IMG/VR virus record: IMGVR_UViG_3300020465_001196
DNA length: 64,000 nucleotides
Strand: one strand, 5' to 3'
Source of the DNA: a virus
Lineage: Duplodnaviria; Caudoviricetes
Position numbers and translations under genes: made by a program. Under the pieces are notes generated by a model. The model made no database searches. It was not told the origin of the DNA and saw only the letters and a program-made list of their open reading frames with translations. Below, in pieces: positions 47,001 through 55,128 of the stretch (positions are counted from its first letter, which is position 1; each line of letters begins with the position of its first letter).

Positions 47001-47418
47001 AGTTAGCATCGTAGTCAGTTGCTCTGTCTGGAGCGCCTGATGCCTTAACAGTATATATACCGTTTTCAGAACCGTCTGCCTGGTTTTTGATTAATATTCT
47101 GTCACCCGTAGCAAGTGACACACCGTCAATGGTATCACCATTAACGAAGTCTGAAGCAAGTGTTCCTGCCGCAGTAGTTGCCGCTCTAACTGAATCTTTA
47201 ACGTCAAGACCAGCCTTAGTAGCATCTACATATGATTTAGATGTAGCATCATTGGCATTTGATGGAGTTGAAGCAACTCTAACATTTGACAATGTTGAAC
47301 CATCTGTAGTAAATTTGAAGAAAGATGATGATGAATCATAAATTAATCTACCACCACTTTTACCAAATTGTACGTCAGAACCTATACCTGCTAGACCAAA
47401 GTTTTTAACTGTAGCCAT
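44002..47418 (-). CDS. Large Gly/Ala/Ser/Thr-rich virion structural (fibre-like) protein
   Basis: GLDVKDSVRAATTA...GDRILIKNQ...ENGIY domain; three internal repeats of GLAIGSDVQAYDAQLADVAGL...IIVGDGSNFV type. Confidence 0.75.
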   Translation of the reverse strand: MATVKNFGLAGIGSDVQFGKSGGRLIYDSSSSFFKFTTDGSTLSNVRVASTPSNANDATSKSYVDATKAGLDVKDSVRAATTAAGTLASDFVNGDTIDGVSLATGDRILIKNQADGSENGIYTVKASGAPDRATDYDANSEVTPGAFSFVEEGTVNADTGWVLTNDGSITVGTTALTFTQFSGAGLITAGDGLAKSGNNLSVNVDDSTLEIDSDTLKIKSTYAGQTSITTLGTIATGTWAATDVAVAHGGTGASTASDARTNLGLAIGSDVQAYDAQLADVAGLTPSDGNIIVGDGSNFVAESGNTARTSLGLGTGDTPTFNGAAMSSAKITGLGAPTADTDASTKKYVDDSVAASNTLAEMGDVTLTTPADGSMLLYDTGNSVWIDNVMSGDATLADTGAITLTDSNSTRSNLGLAIGSDVQAYDAQLADVAGLAVTDGGIIVGDGSNFVLETGATARASLGLTIGTNVQAYDADLDAIAALAKGDGNIIVGNGSTWVAESGATARTSLGLGSIATQDAGSVALTGGSITGVTTFSTGTLGSTATIDGSMAITGDLAVTGDLTVSGNSITLDVGTVTSEDKYIQVNSGATSQETGLAGGVEIKRSSTANTNQFAFMNFDDSTDSFTFKTGSANQASVSDATMRFGTIAAGTWNGTVIGRAYGGFGASISGHGNNSLVEADGGEIAVGSTGQYLRSDGTNFSASALSASDLSGTVAAANGGLGTNVSAFAASSIITTDGDGTVSELAKGSNSTVLKVSSGGTLQYAQADLTADVTGTLPVGNGGTGLAAVGTVNKYLRSTGSANQYDYVSALRDAAGKSAIEVSGTLTDNIKLVMTNTASNVTLTATDPDDNSADIDLVLKGQGDGVVVISEAAGGNSLVMGDDNMDLTVSGGAANSGAAGDAVIKGGNGTGGNASGDVIIRGGTGGSAEGKVKINDSSNNEIAIFERTASAVNEVTITNAATSNAPAISTTGGDSHIDLLLSPKGNGVVNVPANYESLTITDDTLVTKAWVNANVVTTTDDLTIRTAIASGATTTTIGSMPNAGSTTYYVAKVTVHVTTAFSGGSIDHVTLSDGTTTFVANADADIKTAGTYVIDVPFATATAGGATFTMAYLQSGGAASTPTGGAGIVTVEYKALT

Positions 47419-47521
47419 TATATTATCTCCCTATATAAGCTATATTCAAATTTAGTTTAATTTCGGGAGGGTCTGCCTCATTGTTATTCTATTATCCACT
47501 TTCGTTCGGAGTGGTTAGTAA

Positions 47522-47529
47522 TATTTATA
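47522..47529 (-). promoter_or_regulatory. T4-type late promoter TATAAATA
   Basis: Exact consensus about 100 nt upstream of the fibre gene. Confidence 0.75.
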
Positions 47530-47592
47530 ATGTAATGATGAAAATTATAGTTGTATATTAACATATAACTTAATATTTAATTCAAAAGAAAA

Positions 47593-47613
47593 GGGCTTAT
47601 ATTTCTATAAGCC
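47593..47613 (-). terminator. Intrinsic terminator
   Basis: GGGCTTAT/ATAAGCCC stem with minus-strand T tract. Confidence 0.75.
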
Positions 47614-47633
47614 CCCTCTCAATATTTTAGTTA

Positions 47634-47894
47634 TTATGCGATTGAACCCCAGTCGATTGTATCAACTGATGCTACTGCAATACCGCCCATGTCAAAACTG
47701 TTCGTAAGCATAGTACCTTGTACACCTGCTCCGTGAACGTGTTGTGGAAAGTTAGTGTTTCCTTCAGTTAAAATACCGAAGTTAGTAAAACCATTTCCTG
47801 GATCAAAAACTTTTCTAACATTTGATTTGATTTCAAAGTTCTTGATTTTAACATTGTTTAATGCTTTAAGGTTAAAATATCTAATGTTTGCCAT
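47634..47894 (-). CDS. Small virion-associated protein (C-terminal DWGSIA)
   Basis: In fibre operon; AGGAG SD. Confidence 0.55.
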   Translation of the reverse strand: MANIRYFNLKALNNVKIKNFEIKSNVRKVFDPGNGFTNFGILTEGNTNFPQHVHGAGVQGTMLTNSFDMGGIAVASVDTIDWGSIA

Positions 47895-47916
47895 TGTGAT
47901 TCTCCTATCCTTTAAA

Positions 47917-49269
47917 TTACATTAAGTTAATTAATACTTCGATAACACCTGTTTCGCCATCGAAATCTTCTAATGCTTTACCAATCATGTGACCACATTT
48001 TGCTTCGCCAGCCATAGCATGACCTGCCACGTCTGAAGTGCAAAGTAAATCACCTTTTCTAACTGTACCTGCAACTTTACAAGGAACTCTTCCTGTTAAA
48101 GCCACGTATGGGTGTGTAGCGTCACTACCTGCTTCTGAGTTCATCATGTAAGCTGGAGCTGAAGATACAACACCTGCTACTTTATGATCATAACCTGTTG
48201 AAGACATAGTAATTTCTTTGTCGCCACCGAAGATAACAACTGTACCAGCATCATATTGTGCGTCTGATTCGTATCTCTCAGCCAAATCCGCGTATTGCGC
48301 CGATGTTGCTGTAGCAGTAATAGTACCTGCCGCAAAGTTACCTGAACCATCTCTAATTACAACTTTGTTTGCTGTATTAGCCGTAGCCGCATCATTCATT
48401 GATAATGATTGGTAGTATGTTGTACCGTCTAAAGTTAATTCCCAAACATCTGATGTTTCGTTCCATCTGAAGTCAACGTTTGCAGAAGTACCTCTGTTTA
48501 CTTCGATACCTGCGTTGTCTGATGGTGCACCAGTTTCGTTTGAGTTTAACTCAATAATGTTATCAGCTAATTTGATTGTCTCAGTATTAACTGTTGTAGT
48601 TGTTCCTGATACTGTTAAGTCACCAGATACAATAACGTTGTTTGAAAACGTTTTGTTTCCAGCGATTGTTTGTGTACCAGTTACCATCGCATATCTGGCA
48701 TCCGCATATGATCTAGGTATAGCTGATGAATCACCAACGTTACCTGTACCAACACCAAGGATGTCATTTGAATTTAATTGTAAGTCGTTATTGAAGTCGA
48801 TTTCTGAACCTGTTGATGAAATTGCTTTTCCATCAGTAAGTTGAACGTTACCTTTAAGTGCAATTGCACCTGTAGCCGGAGTTAATTCAACATCACCTGA
48901 ACCTAATGCTTTAACGATAACATTTTCGTTAGTGTCACCTGATAATGTTACATCACCAGAATCAACACCCATCGCCGCTACACCATTAATGTAAAGTGTA
49001 GAAGGACCTACGTAAATATCACCCCACATAGCAGACGATGAACCTAAGTTATAAGTTACGTTTGCTGAAGGTATTAAGTGAGCACCAATTGAAGTAGATG
49101 CTACGTTTGATAAATCGATTTTCGCTAACTCGTGTCCGCCTGCTTGTGAACCGTCATGTACGTGAACTGAATTACGTGTAGTATTGACTGTTAACTCACC
49201 TGCTAAACCAGTAAAAGAACCGTGCTCTGTTGCTGTTCCTCTACGTCTTTGAATTGCATAACTTGCCAT
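47917..49269 (-). CDS. Fibre-like virion protein with Mtd-like N-terminus and C-terminal autoproteolytic chaperone-like domain
   Basis: IQRRRGT...GELTVNT...VHDGSQAGG; ADLAERY...VAGVVS...VALTGRVPCKV...KGDLL. Confidence 0.75.
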   Translation of the reverse strand: MASYAIQRRRGTATEHGSFTGLAGELTVNTTRNSVHVHDGSQAGGHELAKIDLSNVASTSIGAHLIPSANVTYNLGSSSAMWGDIYVGPSTLYINGVAAMGVDSGDVTLSGDTNENVIVKALGSGDVELTPATGAIALKGNVQLTDGKAISSTGSEIDFNNDLQLNSNDILGVGTGNVGDSSAIPRSYADARYAMVTGTQTIAGNKTFSNNVIVSGDLTVSGTTTTVNTETIKLADNIIELNSNETGAPSDNAGIEVNRGTSANVDFRWNETSDVWELTLDGTTYYQSLSMNDAATANTANKVVIRDGSGNFAAGTITATATSAQYADLAERYESDAQYDAGTVVIFGGDKEITMSSTGYDHKVAGVVSSAPAYMMNSEAGSDATHPYVALTGRVPCKVAGTVRKGDLLCTSDVAGHAMAGEAKCGHMIGKALEDFDGETGVIEVLINLM

Positions 49270-49454
49270 TTTATATTGCTCCTATATCGATATATTAGAC
49301 ATATAGTTTATTCTTTTTCCATATGTTTTTGATAAATTCCGAATAGAGTCGCGTCTCCCTACTCAAGTATATTTAACCTTTTTGCTTGAAATTTAAGTGA
49401 TTATTTAATATACATATAATAATTAAACATAATTCATTATCAAAGCACTTAAAT

Positions 49455-50249
49455 ATGTATATGAAGTTCACAGTCAGCAGACATCAATGGAATTTAGACC
49501 TACACAAAGTAGCCGAAGAGCTAGAAATGCCAGTACCTCACACAGCAATTTTGAAAATGAGTGGTGGATTAGACAGCACCGCAATGGGCTATTGTGTAGC
49601 CCTATACAAAAAGCATGAATATCATGATCTTAAATTAAAAGTAGTAACCATCAACGGTTATGCTCCAAAGAATTGGAACAGAATGTATGCTCACAGAATA
49701 CTAGACAGAATCACACATTTAACTGGTGTAGATTTTGATGAAAGAATTGTAGGTGAACAAGCAACACCAGGATTGTCTGCACAACAAGAACGTGAATATG
49801 TTGGTCGCGAAGAGCTGTGGATAGACGGTGATGTTGATCCATATGGTACAGCAGTTCAAAAAACAGCAGAACCTCATTGGACAGAAGGCACAGTTGCATT
49901 CACAGGTGTTACGGCTAATCCTCCTACACATTTAACACAGTTTTACCAAGATTATTTGCCAGAAGTATACGGTGGAGATTATCAAGCACCAGAACTACAG
50001 GTAAGAACTCCTAACAAAATACGTCAAGAATATGACAAATCAAATAGCACAAATAGAATGTGGTGGCAACCGTGGACTAATTGGCACAAACAAGATCTAG
50101 CAGAACTGTATAACAATTTAAGCATTATGGACACACTATTTCCTTTAACAAGATCCTGCGAAGGTATGGGTAGCGAAATAATTGCACAAAAACATTGTGG
50201 CGAATGTTGGTGGTGTCAAGAACGTCTCTGGGGCTTCGGAAAATTGTAA
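49455..50249 (+). CDS. QueC-like PP-loop ATPase paralog
   Basis: MSGGLDS; TRSCEG...HCGECWWCQER. Confidence 0.65.
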   Translation: MYMKFTVSRHQWNLDLHKVAEELEMPVPHTAILKMSGGLDSTAMGYCVALYKKHEYHDLKLKVVTINGYAPKNWNRMYAHRILDRITHLTGVDFDERIVGEQATPGLSAQQEREYVGREELWIDGDVDPYGTAVQKTAEPHWTEGTVAFTGVTANPPTHLTQFYQDYLPEVYGGDYQAPELQVRTPNKIRQEYDKSNSTNRMWWQPWTNWHKQDLAELYNNLSIMDTLFPLTRSCEGMGSEIIAQKHCGECWWCQERLWGFGKL

Positions 50250-50260
50250 TAAGTAATAGT

Positions 50261-50575
50261 ATGAACAAAAAACAAATTCTAGACAGTTTAACAAGTTTAA
50301 TACCATACAAAAAATACGAAAATCTAGGAGAAGAAGCAGAGCATATCAAAGATGTAATAGGTCCAAATAGAAAGTTTAACGACAGATCTATATGCTCATT
50401 GCTAGGTGCTATACACGACATAACAGACGATCCAGACATCAAACAACTAGCATTAGAAGCCATATGGATGTCCGAACGTATGCACAAGAGAATTAGATTG
50501 CTCAAAGGCAGAGAAGATATTTGGTTAGAAATTCTCGACCCATCACATCCAGAAAACGACAAATACAAAAAATAA
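50261..50575 (+). CDS. Hypothetical protein
   Basis: Start 50261, 5 nt after TAAGTA (ORF track 50195). Confidence 0.55.
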   Translation: MNKKQILDSLTSLIPYKKYENLGEEAEHIKDVIGPNRKFNDRSICSLLGAIHDITDDPDIKQLALEAIWMSERMHKRIRLLKGREDIWLEILDPSHPENDKYKK

Positions 50576-51095
50576 GGCAACGCCTTTACTTGCGGATTTT
50601 ATCCGCATTTAGGCCCCTCGGCGGCTATGCAGGAGTAGTAGGTGTATCGTGTTTCAATATAAGATCGTATAGAACAGCTCTAACTCATATTCATCTTTAT
50701 AGAGGACACGTCTATTCAACTCTAGGACTTCATAAAACTACCGTCAGGAACACTTAATCCAGATTCAGTTAACAACATCCATCGAGTCAGAATATTCTCA
50801 AGTACGTCTCCACTCTAGCAATATGTTAGATTAGGCCCCAACGTCCATTCACTCACCATCCATCATATCTCTATCAGATGAGTTGCAGTAGAGCCAGTGA
50901 GATTCTGTTCTTGCACCCCCACTTATAATCTGACACCGTGTTGAGAACGGTGGTGTAGTGTAATGGGAAAACGAATATGAAAATCACGAAGTGATTTGAT
51001 GTTGAGTTTTACATTAAAATAGGACTTCCTAAAAATTTAACCGCACATACAATTATAATGCAATATACCGCGGTATGCCCCCTGGCCAATAAATA
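50576..51095. other. Gene-free, hairpin-containing locus
   Basis: No credible ORF; stems at 50591-50607, 50934-50952, 50981-50997. Confidence 0.6.
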
Positions 51096-51100
51096 ACTAT

Positions 51101-51664
51101 ATGAAAAAGCCTTATTTCCATGTACCAGAATTAGATTTAACTGAAGAACAAAGATCTAAACTATTCAATAAATTTAAATCAAAAAGAAATACTGAATTGT
51201 TTAGACTTAAATTTGAGAAACGTGAAAAACTAATTTATAACTTATCAACATATTACGCAAATATTAATTTTGTATCTGAATTCTTTGCTGATAACTTACT
51301 TAATGATATTAAAACTATTTCATCAGAATTTGATCCAAATGATAAATGGGGAAAGACTTCATCATATGAGTTTATGCAAACTACTGGACCTATTGAAAAG
51401 CATTGTGATAAGGTACGTCATGCTACAATAATAATTCCACTATATGATCCAGAATGTAATAAACTTCAATGGTGGAATAAAAAAGAAACAAAAATTATAG
51501 ATACTTTAGATTATAAATTTAAAACATGGATTCTAAATGTAAAATGTCCTCACAGTATGTTGACTGCTTCTAAAACAAGAATAAGTTTTCAAGCAAGTAT
51601 ATATGGATATACGTTTGATGAAATAAAAGAAATGTATGACTCAGGTAAAATATTTAAAGATTAA
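51101..51664 (+). CDS. 2OG-Fe(II) oxygenase-like protein
   Basis: KHCD...PHSM...RISFQ. Confidence 0.5.
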   Translation: MKKPYFHVPELDLTEEQRSKLFNKFKSKRNTELFRLKFEKREKLIYNLSTYYANINFVSEFFADNLLNDIKTISSEFDPNDKWGKTSSYEFMQTTGPIEKHCDKVRHATIIIPLYDPECNKLQWWNKKETKIIDTLDYKFKTWILNVKCPHSMLTASKTRISFQASIYGYTFDEIKEMYDSGKIFKD

Positions 51665-52821
51665 TGAAACGTCCATTCATACAATTGTGGATTAACTACT
51701 TGCAAACTAGTTTCTCTAACCGTATCTAATTTATGTGTAAAATCTCTATAGTCTTTAAGTGCTTCTTGGTTATAGTAATCGTTATTTAAAAATTTTATTA
51801 ATGGCTCACGTATAATTTCTGTTTTAAGATTACTAACTATTTTAATACATTCATTTATATGTTCTTTGCTTAACACTTTTCTTATATCTGTATAGTGTGG
51901 GCCGCGTACAAATGCATTGTAAGGAGTTAAGTTATTATCAAGTAACCATTCTTCAGTTTCTTCTAATTTATTAACATTGTATACACTATGAGCCATATGC
52001 AATCTTAATTGTATATTTGGATATTCTTTAGATAACTCTTTCCATTTTTTAATATTAGTGTTGTATTGTTCCCAATTTAATCCACTACGTATATACTCTG
52101 CTAAACTGCCAATACTTTCTCCACTAATTCTTAAATCAACAATATCAAATTTAGTTAAGTGATCTATTATAGATTGTTTTGGAAATATACTTGCGTTAGT
52201 ATTAAATTGTATAACTGTTTCATCTGTTTTAGCTCTTTCAGTTATAATTTGTAAGAACTCATCTAGGTGCCTAGTCATAAATGGCTCTCCACCAAACACT
52301 CCAACTTCTCTTAATTTAGATAAATCTAACTTTTTTAAATCATTTATAATTTCTTTTTCACGTACAAATGTTTGTTGAGGTGTTGTTTGAATTGCTAGAT
52401 GATCATAGTCAAATGGTATGTTTCTTTTTTGCATTTCTTCAATGTCTTTGTTCCACTCTGTACTACTATGTGGACCACAATACAAACATTTAAAATTACA
52501 AAATGCACTAAAGGCTACTTGTAAAAATGCAACTTGCCCAGGATTTATTTTGTGTTTGTTAATTGTTTTTACTGAATTAATTCTTGGGCCATATGTTGGA
52601 CTTATTTTTTCTTCTTGAGTACACTTATAACAAATATTGTTTTTAAAATTTTCATAAAGATACTCTGGATCTTTCATTGCTCCAATTTGTTCTTCAATAG
52701 TATTGTGTGTATATTTTTTATCAGGAAATGTTTTTATTAAACAACAAGGCTTAAACTTGCCATCCATTGCTGTTGGTTCAATAAAAATTCCGTTTCTAAG
52801 ATATCCACAATCAGTTTTCAT
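51661..52821 (-). CDS. Radical SAM protein
   Basis: PCC...CYKC, CNFKCLYC, VFGGEP, FNTN. Confidence 0.85.
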   Translation of the reverse strand: MKTDCGYLRNGIFIEPTAMDGKFKPCCLIKTFPDKKYTHNTIEEQIGAMKDPEYLYENFKNNICYKCTQEEKISPTYGPRINSVKTINKHKINPGQVAFLQVAFSAFCNFKCLYCGPHSSTEWNKDIEEMQKRNIPFDYDHLAIQTTPQQTFVREKEIINDLKKLDLSKLREVGVFGGEPFMTRHLDEFLQIITERAKTDETVIQFNTNASIFPKQSIIDHLTKFDIVDLRISGESIGSLAEYIRSGLNWEQYNTNIKKWKELSKEYPNIQLRLHMAHSVYNVNKLEETEEWLLDNNLTPYNAFVRGPHYTDIRKVLSKEHINECIKIVSNLKTEIIREPLIKFLNNDYYNQEALKDYRDFTHKLDTVRETSLQVVNPQLYEWTFH

Positions 52822-54197
52822 TATTGTATCTGCAACATTGTTCTAATAAGCTCAATCCAATAAGTAGTATGATTCTTTTTTAGAAACACTTCTCTATTGT
52901 GTCTTAACTTATCCCAAACTTTAATATACATATTTTGTAGCTCTGTTTGATCTAAAGCACAAACAGTTTTGATATTTTCCATAACATGATAAAATCTTTG
53001 TGAATGATCTGTTATTTTATCATAATGCTCATCAAACCAAATTTGATCAAATGTTTCATATCCTTCTTCATGTAAGTATTCTAAAAGACCAGGATGCCCT
53101 ACAAGTATAAATGGTTGAAGATTCATAATTGGTTTGAACAGTTTTTCTGTAACAAAAAATGATGGCTCTGCTGGCCATGTTTCAGTTGTAACATTAAAGT
53201 AAGTATCAAGATAATGTTGTGCTGTCATACCTCTGTTGTGCCATGCATCATGTTCTGCATTTACATCTAATTGTATTTCTTCAATGTTATTACCATGTTC
53301 TCTATGATAATCTAATACTTCAAGCATAGATCTATCGCCTGTGTATTTTTCTATTGGCTTATACACAAAATGATCAGGATTATAAGGGATATCAAACTTG
53401 TTTAGATAACTTACTACTCCATGCTTCATTAGATCATTTCTTTTTAATTCAGTCATTAGCCATTTACGGTGTGGCCTACCTCCGCCATTCAAACATAAAA
53501 ACTTTTTAGGTCTTGGCTTATACATTGTATCACCATCTAAAGGAACAAGTTCTTTTGATTCTCTTTCTGTTCCTATTACCATGTTTTTGATATAGTCTGA
53601 AAACTCCCAAGCAAAATGATCATACACAAATACATTTTGCAAAAAGTATTCGTAAAAAGGACCTTGACCAGATGACATATACTTTTGATAATTTTCATCA
53701 AACTTTTGATCACCAAATATTAATATAAAGTTTTCTTTTGGTATCTTTAACCAACCCAAACTTCTTTCAACAACATTAATCCAATTTACTTGATTAACTG
53801 GAAAGGCTTCGTACGCATAATACAATATAAGTTTTGCCTGTCCTTTACGTAATGCATCTAGTGTATGCTGTTTTATATTACCAAACATATTTTCTGTAAG
53901 CAATGATATGTCCATATGATTTGGTTCCATTACATACCAATCAGGAGTTCCGCTTATATTAGCACCAATCTCTTCTGGTTTAATATGTGTAATATCTATT
54001 CCTGCTTGATCACACAGCAAAGGAAAAAACCCAAGGTTATATCTTTCCATTGGAATAAAACGGGTTAAAACATTTATATCATATCTGTCTTTCCATTTAG
54101 TATCCCATTCTTTTATATACTTTGGATGTAGTCCGTTTGGCATGGGACCATTATCATTCCAGTTATCCCAAATTAGATTTATTTTTAAATTTTCCAT
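52821..54197 (-). CDS. GT10-like glycosyltransferase paralog
   Basis: FLCLNGGGRPHR; YFNVTTET...FVTEKLFKPI...QPFI. Confidence 0.45.
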   Translation of the reverse strand: MENLKINLIWDNWNDNGPMPNGLHPKYIKEWDTKWKDRYDINVLTRFIPMERYNLGFFPLLCDQAGIDITHIKPEEIGANISGTPDWYVMEPNHMDISLLTENMFGNIKQHTLDALRKGQAKLILYYAYEAFPVNQVNWINVVERSLGWLKIPKENFILIFGDQKFDENYQKYMSSGQGPFYEYFLQNVFVYDHFAWEFSDYIKNMVIGTERESKELVPLDGDTMYKPRPKKFLCLNGGGRPHRKWLMTELKRNDLMKHGVVSYLNKFDIPYNPDHFVYKPIEKYTGDRSMLEVLDYHREHGNNIEEIQLDVNAEHDAWHNRGMTAQHYLDTYFNVTTETWPAEPSFFVTEKLFKPIMNLQPFILVGHPGLLEYLHEEGYETFDQIWFDEHYDKITDHSQRFYHVMENIKTVCALDQTELQNMYIKVWDKLRHNREVFLKKNHTTYWIELIRTMLQIQ

Positions 54198-54324
54198 ATT
54201 TTATAAGCTCTGTTAATAGTATTTATTTGTTATTATAACATAAGTTATTGCGTTATACAAACATTTAACTTGAGGTATAGGTCACCTAAATACTTATGAC
54301 TATTAACATTTTAGGAGAGCTGGT

Positions 54325-54660
54325 ATGTACGATGAAGATAACAAAAACGTTATTGAACAACTAAATGATAGAATAGATTTACTAGAAGAAAAAATCGAAA
54401 GATTGATTGATCTTTTAGAAATGGGTCATGAGTTTGATAATGATGATGAGCATGATGAAGATTACACTGATGAAGAATTAAATGATGAAAGCGACAGCGA
54501 GATTTGTGACGATTGTTACGATGATCCTTGTGCTTGTTTACCTGAAGATTACGATTACGAAAACGAAGACGAAGATGAATCAGATGACGATGATGATTTT
54601 GAGTATGACGAAGACGAAGTAATCGATGGTGATTACGAAGACGAAGACACTAAACACTAA
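54325..54660 (+). CDS. Extremely acidic protein
   Basis: N-terminal coiled coil, D/E-dominated tail with CDDC..PCAC; AGGAG SD. Confidence 0.7.
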   Translation: MYDEDNKNVIEQLNDRIDLLEEKIERLIDLLEMGHEFDNDDEHDEDYTDEELNDESDSEICDDCYDDPCACLPEDYDYENEDEDESDDDDDFEYDEDEVIDGDYEDEDTKH

Positions 54661-54680
54661 AACTTTCTACACGTGAATAT

Positions 54681-54718
54681 AAGGGAGGAGTATAATTAAA
54701 ATACTCCTTCCTTTTTTT
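54681..54718 (+). terminator. Intrinsic terminator
   Basis: GGGAGGAGTAT/ATACTCCTTCC stem followed by T tract. Confidence 0.8.
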
Positions 54719-54723
54719 ATGAT

Positions 54724-54804
54724 TTATAAAAGAAATAAAAGTAATATAGATAATATTGCAATAACAACTGCGACTACCCCTGCTGTAGTATATATTGCAT
54801 TCAT
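54724..54804 (-). CDS. 26 aa single-TM microprotein
   Basis: MNAIYTTAGVVAVVIAILSILLLFLL. Confidence 0.4.
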   Translation of the reverse strand: MNAIYTTAGVVAVVIAILSILLLFLL

Positions 54805-54894
54805 AAATTTTATCATTTTTAACTGCTTATGATCTTATTATAACATATAAAAATAATTTTGCAATACACGAGTTAGTTGTTATCCACAACTATT

Positions 54895-54971
54895 TGGCCT
54901 GCCCGGGAAGATTCGAACTTCCGACCTTCAGTTCCGCAAACTGACGCTCTATCCAACTGAGCTACGGGCAG
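54895..54971 (-). tRNA. tRNA-Arg(GCG)
   Basis: Perfect cloverleaf; loop TTGCGGA, A20, G73, encoded CCA. Confidence 0.92.
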
Positions 54972-54975
54972 TTGT

Positions 54976-55049
54976 TGGCTGGGGTAGATGGATTCGAACC
55001 ACCGATGTCGGTACCAAAAACCGATGCCTTACCACTTGGCGATACCCCA
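54976..55049 (-). tRNA. tRNA-Gln(TTG)
   Basis: Cloverleaf; U1-A72, loop TTTTGGT, G73, CCA. Confidence 0.92.
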
Positions 55050-55050
55050 A

Positions 55051-55127
55051 TGGTAGCAGAGGCTGGGATCGAACCAGCGACCTCCGGCTTATGAGTCCGG
55101 CGCTCTAACCAACTGAGCTACTCTGCC
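55051..55127 (-). tRNA. tRNA with CAT anticodon (elongator Met or Ile2)
   Basis: Cloverleaf; loop CTCATAA, A73, CCA; lacks initiator features. Confidence 0.88.
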
Positions 55128-55128
55128 A

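Noticed and set aside
44486-48844. Plus-strand ORFs opposite the fibre genes
   Set aside because: Antisense shadows of Gly/Ala/Thr-rich coding sequence
47917-49269. Diversity-generating retroelement target (Mtd-like N-terminus)
   Set aside because: No reverse transcriptase and no adenine-variable TR/VR pair seen; the C-terminus is a chaperone-like domain
50576-51040. tmRNA or RNase P RNA
   Set aside because: No tRNA-like acceptor/T-arm ending in CCA and no GGAAAGUC P4 signature found on either strand by eye
22658-51075. CCGCGG palindromes in the gene-free loci (22659, 33024, 51068)
   Set aside because: Also present in coding DNA (for example near 34802 and 55326); too short to support alone
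54880-54888. Perfect DnaA box TTATCCACA
   Set aside because: Single copy inside the AGTTGT/ACAACT hairpin just after the tRNA cluster; more likely a terminator or processing stem
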